From Klebsormidium nitens (lineage: Eukaryota; Plantae; Klebsormidiophyceae): a stretch of 64,000 nt of DNA. A model generated the notes under the pieces. That model was not told where the DNA came from and searched no databases. It saw only the letters and a program-made list of their open reading frames with translations. The position numbers and the translations under genes are program-made. The stretch lies in assembly GCA_000708835.1 (NCBI GenBank), contig DF237090.1, positions 27,753-91,752 on the forward strand, read 5' to 3'. Shown here one piece after another: positions 26,398 through 41,758 of the stretch (the stretch's first letter is position 1; each line of letters opens with the position of its first letter).

Positions 26398-29300
26398 ATG
26401 GGGCAGCCAAATGGAGATTCGCAACCGAAAGGGGACGTTCCGGAAGATGCCCCCGAGCGTGAGTCTGTCTTTCCTGGGTTTAAGTCCTGTTGACAGTTTG
26501 TTCTACAGCGCCTCTTTACAACTTGTGAGTTTGAAGGTGAATGACAAGCAAAATGGCTTCGGCTCACAGCATTGCCTTCACGGAAAAGGTGGTCGTGTGG
26601 TGACTGCAGCATGCTGGCAGTCCGACGGTGTTGAGTGCTTACCACCTCCTAATGATGCTTTTGTCAATTGCAGACTGTCCTGGGACTGAGTCCGAGCAGG
26701 CTGGCCAGGCTAGCGCCTGTGAGGGGTGCCCCAACCAGCAGATATGCGCGACAGCCCCAAAGGGCCCAGATCCTGGTAGGTTCCACCTTTTGTAGAGCTC
26801 TGACGAGGTTGGTGAGCCCTGATAAAGACGTCTTTCACACCGAACTTCTGAAATGTTGAATCATGATGATGGTGGTGGTGCAAGCTGTACGTGTTTGTGA
26901 GAGGTGGTGCAATTGGCAATTACGCATCAAGGCACCAAAGAAAAGCGTACAGTTTTCAAGAGAATAACTTTTAATTCTTGTCTACGTCGGTGGTGTGAGG
27001 GTCGTTCACACAAACATGTTGATTGCTCCTAAAGGTTACATACCTGCTTGTGGTGATTACTATCCTGGGTGTCTCTAGTTATCGTAGCGTTCCTGCCCTC
27101 CCGTCTACGTAATACCAGTTGTTAGACTCTGTGTGGCAAGGACACTATAGGCGTCTTGTAGCCCCCCTGGGTTTCATGTGGAGTCTTTGACCTTCTTGTT
27201 GCATGTTTTCTTCTTAGTTTGCTTTTGAGCTGTTTGTGTTCCCAAGATCACAATCAGAAAGGGCTGCATCCCCAAGTTGTATCGGACTTGCTCTCCAAGT
27301 GCTCCAAGTGCTCCAAGTGCTGAAAGAAGGGTCACCCGTCTGTCCGTGGTTTGCAGATCTTGCAGCGATAGAGGAACGGATGCGGACTGTCAAGCACAAG
27401 GTTCTGGTACTGTCTGGAAAGGGTGGGGTGGGGAAGAGCACCTTTGCAGCGCAGCTGTCTTTCGCACTAGCAGAGGCCGACAAGCAGGTAAGCATTTCTT
27501 GGTTGTAAAACATGCAGGGCTTTCAGGACCCTGTATGCGTAGCCCAATATTGGTGTCGCTATCAAAACTAGCGTCTCAGCCCTGATTATCTGATCCCTGA
27601 GCAACAGGATGAAACTAAGAAGCTTGAGTAAGATCCTCGGGGCAGTCCTCGAGAATGACTGTACTCGCAAAAATCTGAAGGCGCCTCAGTATTGTCTTGG
27701 GATTGTGTTTTGGGTCTTGCACTCTTGCAAGAGGACTTTGACGAGAACTTCTCCTAGCGTTTTCCAGCCTTGCTGAACTTTCTCCTTAGTTTGTTGTGGT
27801 TTTCTACCTGCACCTCCGTGGTGATTCTGCCCCGTCGGGCCAGTATGTCAGTTGCCGGGGACTAGGACAACAGTCATGTAGTGATTTCTTGACTTACATG
27901 CGTGGAAGTTCCCCCCTCCCGACAAGGCTCACCGATCTTTGGTTTCGCAGGTCGGCCTGTTGGACATTGACATTTGCGGCCCCAGCATACCCAAGATGCT
28001 GGGGCTGGAGGGCGAGGAGATTCACCAGAGCAACCTGGGGTGGTCACCAGTGTAAGGTTTCAATCCCCCTTGCTTCCAAAAACACTTTCTCCCTTTCAGC
28101 CTTTTGTCTGCTTCCAAACTTGGAAGAAGGCTTATGTCCTGAGATTGCAGTTGAGGTGAGCTTAGATATGAGAGAGTCCCTGCAGTGACCAAGAACATTC
28201 GTGATGCGTGGTACAATTGGCTGCAGGCTATCACGGGCAGCACCCGAGATAGCGTTCAGACCCTTGCTTTGACACGGAAGCGTCGATTAGGACTTTTCTC
28301 GTTTTACTTTCTCAGATCACATCAACTTGGCACGCTCGATTGCAGGTATGTTGAAGACAATCTGGGTGTCATGTCCATTGGCTTCATGCTGCCTGACCCG
28401 GACGAGGCGGTCGTTTGGAGGGGCCCCAGGTGAGCGGTTCGCCCACCCTTCTATGCATGAGTGTAGAAAAGTTGCGGTTGTCCGTTTCTTGTGCGTTGGC
28501 TGGGCTTTTCTATCAGGGCATTCCGCCTCTGTGAGTTGCTGTGTGCTGATTGCGAAAGCCTTGTGCGAGATACAGGGAGAATTTGCTCATTGTCAAGGTT
28601 TTTGTTTGCAATCATCCGACTGTAAGCAACTTCTAGAATGTATCTGTTCCTCGCACTCGATAGGAAAAGAGAGTTTTAAGCGGATTCTTTTTCTCATCTC
28701 GAGGTCATAGTGACGGGTCACTCCTTTACAAGCCGGTAGGGTGGTTTTCTCCATCTGCTGGTATCGCTCGCTTCGAGTGTAACGAATCAGAAGGCGGCAT
28801 TTGCTGACCGTTTCTTCTTGAGCTCTCAGGAAGAACGGCCTGATCAAGCAGTTTCTGAAGGACGTCTACTGGGGCGATCTGGACTACCTGGTCATCGACA
28901 GTGAGTCCGCTTTTACGTAGCTAGCGTCCCGTTTTCATGGGCTGAAATCGATAGGTCTCTCCTGAGGTTCCCTTCTTTCGGACTGACCAGTTTTGGTTCC
29001 GGTCCAAAGTTCAGCCCTTGCGTCCAATTCGAAGATGTTCGCGAATCAAGTTGGGGAAGCTTTTAAATAGGACAGGGCATGCTCGTCTAAATCAGGTCAG
29101 CAACGGAGCATTTCGGCAGTTGTCGTGCCAGGGGTGGTCACGCTTTACCGAGTAGGGGCGGTCTGAGTATGCGTTTAGTATTCGCCTCCCAGAACTTGCC
29201 AACCTCAGCCTTCTGTGTTCGGGGTTTCTTTCCTCTTCAATCAGCCGGTAAAGCTTTCACGGTCGCTCGTTCGGTATATGACCTGTAAACGTTTACGCTG

Positions 29301-32300
29301 TCCCTCTACTTGCCCCCAATGACGAACTTCGCCGCTGCTTCTAGTATCTGGTCATTGCTTTATCCTCCCTGTTGCATACAAAAGTCGTTGCTGCGACCAT
29401 TGGCCTGTTACACACAAAAGCTGTTGCTGCGGTCATGTGTGATACATAATTCCGTTCTGCTTTTTCGTGCATCTCCGAGTCGTTTTGCGCGTGCTTGCAG
29501 CGCCTCCGGGTACTTCGGACGAGCACATTTCGATGGCGCAGTTCCTCAAGGCGACGGGAGTGGACGGAGCGATTGTGGTCACGACGCCGCAAGAGGTGTC
29601 CATCATCGACGTTCGGAAAGAAATCAACTTTTGTAAAAAGGTGGGTCCGCGAAGATTCATTGAAGCAGAGCGGTAAAACAACTTGGAGTTTCACTGGTCT
29701 TGGTGCTTGCCGGGATGCGTTGAAGATTTGTGCGGTTGAACGCAGCCTGTACAGGCGCTTTACAAAGCTGCCTTCGATTTTAAAATGTTGGATGCATTGC
29801 CAGACGGGGCTTGCCTTCCCAAAGCTTGCGAAACCTCCCGGTGCTGCAAGAAGTTGTTGCGCTTCGTTTCCAAGAATCAACGGACGCACTTCGTAGGATC
29901 CCACAACGATTTTTAAGGGAGATTTCGGCTTCTGTTCTTGGCTGTGTCTAGGGAATCCTGTCGGTCGTTACATGTATTCGAGACATTGAACAGTCGAGGT
30001 GCCTTATTATGCAGGTCGGGATACGGGTCTTAGGCGTCGTTGAGAACATGAGCGGCTTCCAACAAAAGCTGGGCGCATTCACCTTCAGAAAAACCGGGCC
30101 GGACGGTCTGGAAGAGGATGTGACAGAAAAGGTGAGACCTGGTATACACAAAGAAGAAGTACTCTGTGGGCAAATTTGGTCGCTACGAAAGGGGTGGGAT
30201 CAAATGTTCGGGGGTGGGATCAAATGTTCGGCCTGGATTCAGAAGCTTGTTCGGCTTGGACTGGAAGGCTGCAAACGAAAGCCGAAAGCACGCCAAGCTT
30301 AGCTGCAACACGTTTGTGCCGCTCCTCCTTGCCTTCTGAACGCCAATCTATCCATCTATTTCTGTCTTTCGTCATTCACCCCGAAGTGAGCAACGCTTTG
30401 TTCCTGAGAGGTTGCTTCAAGGCCTGCAAGCTCTTTTGTTGGACGACTTCTTTCGAAGAGCAGCGAACATAGAGCTGACCCTTTGCCAGCTATTTTTGGA
30501 CTGCAATTAATCTGACGCTGTTGAAGTGGTTGGTTCTTGAATTCGATGACAGTGGCGGAGTTTCAACGAACCGCCAAAATCACCCCTCGCGAAGTGAACT
30601 CTTATTTGATTGAAACAGGTCAATTCCTTCTCGAACGACTCGCTTAGGAAGCCAACTTCCCATTAATATCAGCAGTTCTCAGCGTGTTTTACCTCTGCTC
30701 TTTCTGCAGGTCTTAGCTGAGATCCGAGCGGTCGCTCCGCACCTAGAAGGTCTGACGGTGAGTCTTGTAGTTACCGCTACTCGATGTATCACGGTTGCTT
30801 TTCAACGCTCTCAAGAATTCGTTCAACTGACTGCCCCACTGCCACGTTTGTGCGGCGTTCGCTTCTAAGCTGGCAACGTGCGTTGCCTCTGAGACGCAAA
30901 CTTTGAACATGCCGGCAAAGCGTCCCTTATTTGCCTCACCCGCTGCTTCAGGGCAAGAGGGACTGCCGTATGCGCTTCGTAGCTTCTTATGTAACGGTTT
31001 CAGCTCGCCACCTTTTCAACTCGGACCCGAGACCTAGTTCATGAACGTGTAGCGGCAGGCTCTGACCCGTTGGCTGAAGGATGCGCATCTCGATATTGAT
31101 TTGAGAGCTACCTGGTAGCCGTCGGCTCCAAGTACTAAGTCCACGTCGCTTCGCTCGCAGGCTTGCACGGAGATTTTACATGCGAGTGGTGGGGGCGCTG
31201 AAAAGATGGCCAGAGATCTGGGCGTTCCGTTTCTCGGTCGGATACCTCTGGATGCCACCCTAAGCAGGTGCGGCCGTTTACCTTTATAATTGCGCCCGTT
31301 TCACGCATTTTCATTGTCGCTGCACCTTTTCGCATTAAACCGCAGCGAGTAGTCCTTAGAGTTATGTCATCTGAAGTCGTGCAGAGCGAGTCTAGTAACC
31401 ATCGTCCTGTTCATCAAGGATCTTCGCGTGGTCCTACTGCCAATCCGTTTAATCCTTTAGAAAGTCCTATCATCTCGTCGTGGAGTACATCTTTCTCGCC
31501 GTCCTCTTAATTGGGGATCGAGGAACGTGCGACGGCTCTGTATCATGGATAAGCTTGCTCTCCGTCTTGAAGGTCTTCTCTGCGTAACCACTCTTACAAG
31601 CTAGAGTTGGCATTCAAGGTCCATGAACGTACGCTTCCATTCATGCGCCCCCCCAGTCATGCGGCCCCCTAGGCCCGTGCTACACCACCAGACAGCATCA
31701 GCGAACCAGTGCGAGGCTTGCTTTTGGGGCCTCCGCGTAAAAAATCGAGATTATGTTGCATATGTCGGTGGTCCGCACTGCTGTCTTTTGCTGACTTGCG
31801 CTATTGTGTGCAGAGCGGCTGAGGAGGGCCGCTCGTGCTTCACGGACTACAAGGATGCCCCGAGCTCCTTGGCTCTTAAAGCCGTGATAAAGAGTGAGTC
31901 CGTCTCGCCCGTGATTTGCTGCTGCGGTTCTTGGTCGTGTACCCAACCTAAAGCGCAGCGTGACTTCTTTCGGGATGCAACATCCCGAGCAAGGCCGTCC
32001 TCACCTCGAACACTTGATCCGACTTGCAAAACGAAGGTTTTTCTACGTGCCGGCTCCGCTAGACGCTTTGTTCGACTGATATTGGTTCCTGAATGCCGGC
32101 TGTTTAGCCAAACTTGTGGGCAAGGGGAGGCTTCGGAGCCCTGCTGGGCTCTTCACCATATAGCGGAGCCTAAAGAGACCACAGCAACTCGCAGTAGTCT
32201 ACCTTTGTGCTGGGTACTGGAAAAGAGAGCAAGCTCCGTAGGCTCGTTTTTCGCTCATGCTCAGATCTCTTTTCTCCTTTGCAGAGGTTTTGCAGACCGT

Positions 32301-32313
32301 CGAACAAGCGTGA
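26398..32313 (+). CDS. NBP35: Cytosolic Fe-S cluster assembly factor NBP35, green-lineage type
   Basis: Twelve exons in frame. N-terminal C-x13-C-x2-C-x5-C ([24 protein letters not shown]), deviant P-loop [71 protein letters not shown]. It lacks the C-terminal CPxC motif, as plant NBP35 does. Confidence 0.97.
30191..30230. repeat. 20-bp tandem duplication in an NBP35 intron
   Basis: GGGGTGGGATCAAATGTTCG occurs twice in tandem. Confidence 0.9.
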
Positions 32314-34197
32314 AGTATATGGAGGGGGACACTTTCGCTGTGCTCCAATAACGGGCAACTCGATAAATGGTACATAGTAAGTCTCCTTAGATTTATAGGT
32401 GTGCGTGCTACAACGACTCTAATAAAAAGCTTTCAGTTTTGCAGAGGCCTTACGTTACATTGTCAATCCCATTGGACGGTCGTCTCTGATGATGACCTGC
32501 TATTGGCCACATCCTTATGGCGCGCCATGTTTGTCATTGGGTCAGGTTGAGGTCATGAGCGTGGCATGAGCCATGAAACTAAGTCAACCAGTAGTTTCCA
32601 GAAGCTCGTAAATTGAACTGTGTGTTTTGAAGCAAACCTAGGTTAATCCAATGGGCTCCGCGTACCGTAGGAGCGAGAGATTGTATTTTTCGCATGCGAA
32701 AATGTTGCAGTTACGGGTTGCCAATGCCACATTCATTGGATGGTGTGCGCCTTTTTGGTCGGCCCGACGCTCTGATACATGTAAAGGTTTGCGGTCCTCG
32801 GGTTAGCGGGCCTCGACACGACTTGATGCCGAGCAGTGGCGCAAACCCCTACATAGGAGCACCAAGTCCATGTTCTCGGTTGCTGAAAAACCCACATATG
32901 AATGGCAGTTGCACACAAAGTCGAAGTAAGAAACAGGTCGACCAGCCTGAGCCCTTATGATGATCGGCAGTTGTTATAACCGCGTTGAACCCGTCTGTTG
33001 CAAAAGCAGATGGGAACAATCTCAGTAGTTGAGGTAATCAGCTACAGCTTGTGAATGCTTGACTATAGGGTGAATTGTAAGCATCCCGTCATATACCTAT
33101 TTGCGTACGTGTATCCACCTGCATCATGCCGACCGTCGGAATCTGTTGGTCGCTTGCAGACGACTTAGATGCGACTTGGATATCTGGTCTTCAGCGTGGC
33201 CAGTTGTGCAATTGCCGGTCTTGCATCCGACAAACGTGCCGCGCGCCCGGGCGCGCATTGCGATCAAGGATTTGTTAAGTTCGGCCACTTGATCGAGCAG
33301 CTGTGCCAAGAAAGAAGTTCCGGTTGCGCGGCCGCCCGCGCGTTGCATGAGCGGGGTTTAGTAAAAGATTTTGTGGTCCGGTCGCGAGCCTGCGAGTACG
33401 TCTACGGTACATACCGAGCCCGACGGTACGGTCGGATGATCCCTCTGTAGCAATTCTGTGCACTGCCGGTGGAGTGCTCAGTCTGGAAAGGTACAGCGAA
33501 CGCAACCGGCTGGGTCTTGTGGTCAAAGATCCGCATCTGTGGGGATTCTGTCTTGTCATCCTTTGGGCGCAGGACGAACTGACAAAGAACTGCAGCGGGA
33601 GTCCGGCCAGCAAGACGCCCGAGTGAACCTGGCCCGCGCTGACAGCGCACAGCTAACCTGATCAAGTGGACCAAGCTTCATAAGAAAGCGTAGAGAGCAC
33701 TTGAGTCAGTACCCTATGACTGCACCACGGTCTAAGGCTCACCGTGACCATTTGCGGCACTGGATTGCTAGATGTGACATTGAAGGTGTTTGTGCTGATT
33801 GAGTTCATGGATCAATCTAGGCCAGTGTCTTAGAAACCTACAAAAAGTTCACGGCCGCGCACGTTCAGTTGTCGTTATAGGTAATGACAAGGCCAGAGAT
33901 CTAGAGATTGTCGGACTTTTCTGGTAACAATGAAGTGCTCAGGCTTGCTTGCGATGGTGCTGGCACCAGCCACTGCACAAAAGCTCGTTTTTATCAGATC
34001 TCAGTTGCATGATTCTTGAAGCCGCAACAGCGGCTCCAGCACACCAACAAAATTGGCACAAGTCTGCCCGTATCCATTCTCCAATCTGCTCCAGCCCACA
34101 GGCCGTCTGCCAGCTGTCCTCTGACCAACACAAGGGCAGCTTAATTTACCTAAAGGTCACACCCACAAACACTAGTCATCCCAAAGCGCAAGTTTGA

Positions 34198-36103
34198 ATG
34201 GGTATCCTCTTTACCAAGCTTGGGAACGTTATTGGGCTCTTTTGCTCCAAACGGAAGGCGCGCATTCTTTGCCTGGGGCTGGACGATGCAGGCAAGACAA
34301 CAGTCCTGTACACGCTGAAGCTGGGGATTATGGACCGGTACTCAATTCCCACCATTGGCTTCAATGTGGAGACCGTGCGGTATCGCAACATCAGCTTCGA
34401 AGTGAGATGACCAGACTGGATTGTCAACTTTTCGAACCATAGTCTAAACATTTCTGGGGTTGCATTGTATCGCTCTATGGAGAAGGGTGTTGCTTGGGTG
34501 CATAGGTCTTCCCTTGATTTGCGAGATTCTCAGAGAGCGCCCATTGCAGCATCCATCTAAGATCTGCTCCAAATTGGGTTGCAGAATAGTCCTTGGGACA
34601 TGCTTGGAAGGACTTAAAAGAAGGAGGTTTTTCTAGCTCAACTTCATATCGGAATTGTTCCTAGCGATATACTGGTATTATAGTAGCAGCCACCGAGTAT
34701 GAAGGTACAAAGATAAGACCTGTAGCTGTTTAAGAGCTTAGGAGTTTTAAGAGCTCTATTGCTTTGGTGTGTTCAGCCAATTGAACCAGGTGCTTTGAGG
34801 TGTCTGGATCGGGTGTCTGGATCTCCTTGCCTTCGCCTAAAGGCTGGAGGAAATTGAAGAAAACGAAAACAAAAACTCTTGTGAACGACCTGCTGATCCA
34901 CAAGGCTTTCACTTTTAAAGCAACTTCTCCCGTTCGAGTCTCTTGATAACGATCTCTCTTTGTATCCAGTGAATCCGGATTCTTCTTTTGCAAAATTGCC
35001 GATAGGGATTCTGCACCAGAAATTTCGAGTATTGGCATCAGTGCCGGTATTATCAGACGTCGTCTCAATTCGGCCCGTCTCACGTGCGTTGGGCGTTTGT
35101 TTAGCATGAAAGAACAGCTTTGAATGGCTCCTTGCAAGACCGAATTTACAGGTGAAGAGTTCTGCAGCTCGTATCAACAAGGAGAGAGCGGAATCTTCCT
35201 GCTGGCTTCCACACCCAAGAAGCCAAGAACCGACTCGCTTTGAAATCCTTTTTTGCCCCATTTTTGACCATTGTGGCTCTCGATTGGTGTGGGCAGAGGA
35301 GAGCACCACGAGTCCCTGGATGTAGCAGTCGTAGTTATAAACAACAATGCCCCTGTAGGGGACCAAAGCAGTCTTGCTAGCGCTTAACGTCGAATTCGTC
35401 ATACTACGTTCAATTCCACTGACAACGTTCGCTTCCGTCTTTGACACTCGCAGATGTGGGACCTGGGCGGGCGGCAGCAGCGGCATCTGTGGGGCCACTA
35501 CTTCCAGGGCACGCCGCAGGGCCTCATTTTCGTGGTGGACAGCCAGGACCGCGCGCGCGTGCAGGAGGCGCGCGAGGTGCTGCACGCCGTTCTGAGCGCT
35601 GAGGAGATGCGCCACGTGGCCGTGCTCGTCTTCGCCAACAAGCAGGTCGGTCGACCGGGGCTGGGGGTCCTTCTTTTAGACAGGTCTTGCTGAGTGAATG
35701 AAAGAGGGCAAAGTCAGCGGCGGGTTGTCCTTGTTAAGGCAGCTTCTCGACTCTGTTTGTGGACAGGAGTTGCGTCTCAAGATGCTAACAACCAGTATTG
35801 TGACAACCAACGTCCCGATACCGGTTCACTTCGGCACGAGGTTCTCTACTATGAGCAACGATCTCAAAGAGCGGGAAGAGACAGAAAGGTTCCGGACGGT
35901 TCCCCAAATCTGAACCCGTGCTTATCTTTTTGTAGGACCTGCCCAATGCGATGACAGCCGCCGAGCTGAGGGACGAGCTGGAGTTGTTCTCCATCCGGCA
36001 GCGCAGCTGGTTCGTCCAGAGCGCGCGCGCGCGGACCGGGGAGGGGCTGAACGAGGGGCTCGACTGGCTGGCGGGGCACCTGCCCGAGAAAGACGAGACC
36101 TAG
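34198..36103 (+). CDS. ARF-family small GTPase, divergent tandem copy 1 (187 aa), with atypical switch I/II
   Basis: Exons 34198-34401, 35454-35645 and 35936-36103. It has Gly2, [26 protein letters not shown] and [10 protein letters not shown]. Intron positions are identical to copy 2. Confidence 0.92.
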
Positions 36104-37684
36104 ACTCAACGGAAAGCGTATAATATCAAGATGAAGAGAAGCTTTGCCAGAATAGCTGCAAAGAGTACGTCTTTTATTCTCTCAAGGTCTGATTTGAGCC
36201 TTTTGTAAAAGAAGTTGGAGTTGCACATGTACAAACGATCAGCCCCTGTAGATTGTCAGATCATGACGTTTAGCGCACGAGACAATTGGACTAGGAACTT
36301 CTGCAAGAACTGTGAAATGAATAGGATGCATGAATGGCGTCAGTTGAACGGTGGCATGCCACAGCCCTTCATTTCCGAGGACCTTTTCCCGGACATCCGC
36401 GATCAAACAGCGTTCAGTATCGAGTGCTTAGTCTTTGCTGATTGTTACCTTGTACCAATACGTACTCGAAAGCTCAAGAACTGGCTACGGACATATATAC
36501 TACGTAAAGGCAAGTTCGAAGCTACAAATGACACTTCTCTGGATTCGCGTATAAGTTATCAACCAGTTGGCGGCAGGCTAAATTATTCAATCTAATGAAT
36601 CTATTGTTGACATTGTCTGCATCGAAGTTCAACGCGTATAAAAGACGGTCTTCACCACCACTGCAACATGATGTAGCTTACTTTGCACAAAGAGGGTCCT
36701 TCGCGCTTCTGATCCCACGTTTCGCTAATACGAAGCCCGTGCGGCTGCCGTCAGTTGCTGGATTTTTCGCTGACTTGGGCACCTGTGGTTTTTCCACATG
36801 TGCTGCGTGCCTGACTACTGTTGGCCGCGCGCTGTCGCTACCATTTGCCGCCATGGCTGCGCGGCACTCAGTCGGTGACCGCGCGGCGGGCCGGCGCCGC
36901 GTGCATCCCGGCCCGACGTCATCTCGGCGAGGTTTAATATCGTAGCGGACTGGCCCGTGCGGTACGGTAGTACGGTCGGATGATCCCCCGGCCCCGCTCA
37001 TCGCTCACGCTGCAGTTCCGACACCTCGAGGGTGCCCCTGCATGGGCGGAGCATGGGCTGAACATCCTGGGCCCAACGACCCGTGTAACCTGAAGCATCT
37101 CACGTTTTAAAGACTGGATATACACTGCTGAAGTCGTTCAGATCATGAATGCATTACCAGTGGAGTGCCCGGAAGGGTACGAACGGATTTAGCCAACTGC
37201 CAGCGCATGGGTAAGTTGAATTACTGACAGTACGAGTGCATCTACTATAATCGACCAATGGCTGACTAGTTGAGCATCACTGGTCATGGCCTTTAGTCAA
37301 CGTCGGAGTCTGTTCCGTCACCCTTTGACTGGTCGTGTTACAGCGGCCAGTACAGTGGTAGTAGTAGTACTAAGATGAATAACTTGGCAACATGACCTTC
37401 GTTGTAGAACATTGTAGAGCAGATGAATCTTCTACGTATGGTCCCATCACCCTGTAACCGTAGCTACTCAGCTTTCAGACTCTGAGAAGCAAGATGCGGT
37501 GATTTTTGTTGGACTATTTATCAAATGTCGGCCTCCTTGAAAGCCCACATCATTTTAGCGCACACTCGGCACTGATAACGTTGAAGGCCAAGAGTTTTCA
37601 GCAACAATCTTCCAGTGACTTTGAGCTGGTGCCAAATTCTTGAGTTGAGGACCAGAGCGCCAGTCACAGTAATCACAGTACTAG

Positions 37685-39752
<2,068 letters not shown>

Positions 39753-41758
39753 ACGCCACGGAAGTGTCAATTCCTTGGTATAAATGTGATCTCAAACGGT
39801 ACTAAGGAATATTAAGAATAGCAATTCTAAGAATAGCTACGAAGCTCGTGGTTCAGAAGGAATTGAAGTAAGAGGGGAGCAGGAGCTTGTCCAAGAAAAA
39901 GCTGATATCGACTATCGGTCTTGTCGTATTCACGAGATGTTTGAGTAGGTCTCTAGCTATTTGTAGTACCAAGACTGTACTGTTTATGGAAAAGGAAAGA
40001 CTGAGGACGCAAGCTGCCCGCTAGCATGCCAGCACCATCCAATGCAGAACTTAATCCTAACAGGTCCGCTATCAATAAAGCTTAGATATGATCGCAACAC
40101 TGGAACTGCTCTGCTTTACAAACTAACGACCCAAATCCAAAGGTGAACCGCACGGCTCGATGACACGCATCCGCTCAGTTGGTCTTTTGTTCTCTAGCTG
40201 CCACGGTGCCCAACGATTGCACGTACCTAACAGAGATGACCCCTTTCTGGCGAACCATGTATGCATGTACAAACGTCTCCAGGGCGGGCACAAATCATGA
40301 TGAGGATGGTGACCATCGCCGCTCCTGACAAGCTGCGTTGATTCTTCCCTGCATACGTAGCGAGGCCACATATGATAAACCAATCGCACGCAGGATGAAC
40401 CGGCCGGCCCCATGTCTGAAGCGTCTCCGCGGAAGCTTCAATGACGAGAGTCAATACTTTTACGAGAAGGAACCGTTCATGACATGATGTTTCAATGCGC
40501 TCCGTTTACGAGCGACGATGCTTTGACTGCACTGAGCCGCCGCGGCCGCTTGCAGAAGATCGATCATCTCCAAAGCGACAAGAAGTTGTTACGATATATG
40601 CGAGCTAAAGGGTGTTTCCATGACACATGCAATAAGCTTGTTGCACATGAGTGTGAAGTTGAACTCGGATTTGTATCGAAAGAATGGTCACAGTTGCAGT
40701 CTAGTGCAATCACGCCCGCGTGCAGTGTTAGCAACCGAGCTTTGCACGCGCGTGTAACTTAGTTCTACTGGAGTCTTGTCGAGTAGCCTTGAACCTAGCT
40801 GAGTAGAACTTACACGTGCTTGAATCAGTTGAACTTATGTGTCCGACTGCACGAGAAGCTGCATGGCACATGTACATCTGTACAACTACAAGCCATCTCG
40901 ATCAGGATCAATTGGAGCTTACACACAAGTTGCTTTGCAATCGGCATGCTGACAGCTTGTTACTCAATTTGCATCGTGCTCAATGCCTCTACAAGAACCC
41001 AGGATTTCTAGGTGACAGACGGAACCTTTTTGTCGAGATCAAAACACAAATTTGAATGTTACTTGGGTTAAGTCCGCGAAAATGACCAGACAATCCCACA
41101 ATGCCCAAGCTTCAGAGTCTGAACATAGCTCTTTTGATGAGCACACGGTTGAGCAGTAAGACGACTACACCTAATTGAAATCGTAAAAAGCCAGCGGCGA
41201 CCTTATCACTACCAGAAATTGGGAGTCAATTGACTTGCATCATATGTTCTCAACGATTTGACAACTTGACGCAAAGACTCGTAATTCGCTGCCTCATGTT
41301 AGGCAGACATGTTGACCGATTGCATGGAGCATGTTTTCAGCTGAAAGCCCGGCCATATCAGCACTGTCGCGCTCCCGTCGCGCACCACCTAGTGGGGTCC
41401 AAACCCACGGCTGCCTCTCAGCATAAACGGGACTTGCAGCGCCCGGAGTGTAGGCTCGCAAACCTGCAAGAATGCAAAAGGTCCGAGCTTTGCTGCGCAC
41501 CTATCTGCCAAAGCTCAAATAGCTATGCAGACAAGGGGCAAAATGGGCATGTGGATCTCAAAAGCGGCCCTGGTCTTGCTTGAGTTTAAGCTTGAGAACC
41601 AAATATCAAGCAAAAAAGGGCCCAGACGATCATGTCACCTGCTGGTCATCACCAGGTTCATTTGCATCGCTTGAATCTGGTCAATAATATAAATGCTTCC
41701 AAAAGGCAGCTTCTGCTATGACTCTGAACGAATGCAAAGTCATGCTCACCTTGGGGCC

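Noticed and set aside
27293-27320. (CTCCAAGTG)x3 and the short tandem duplications
   Set aside because: Two- or three-copy intronic slippage repeats without unique spacers; not CRISPR-like and of no evident function.
34773-35615. 280-aa minus-strand ORF, and similar long ORFs such as 22961-23608 (+) and 38070-38561 (-)
   Set aside because: These are antisense shadows of GC-rich exons or intron read-through, with no recognisable motifs. The opposite strand already carries well-supported genes.
40295-40330. ATGATGA...CTGA, resembling a box C/D snoRNA
   Set aside because: The boxes are only about 21 nt apart, too short for a snoRNA, and there is no terminal stem.
40123-41583. Several 60-120 aa ORFs between ARF copy 2 and the F-box gene
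   Set aside because: No codon bias, motifs or consistent splice structure that I could support.
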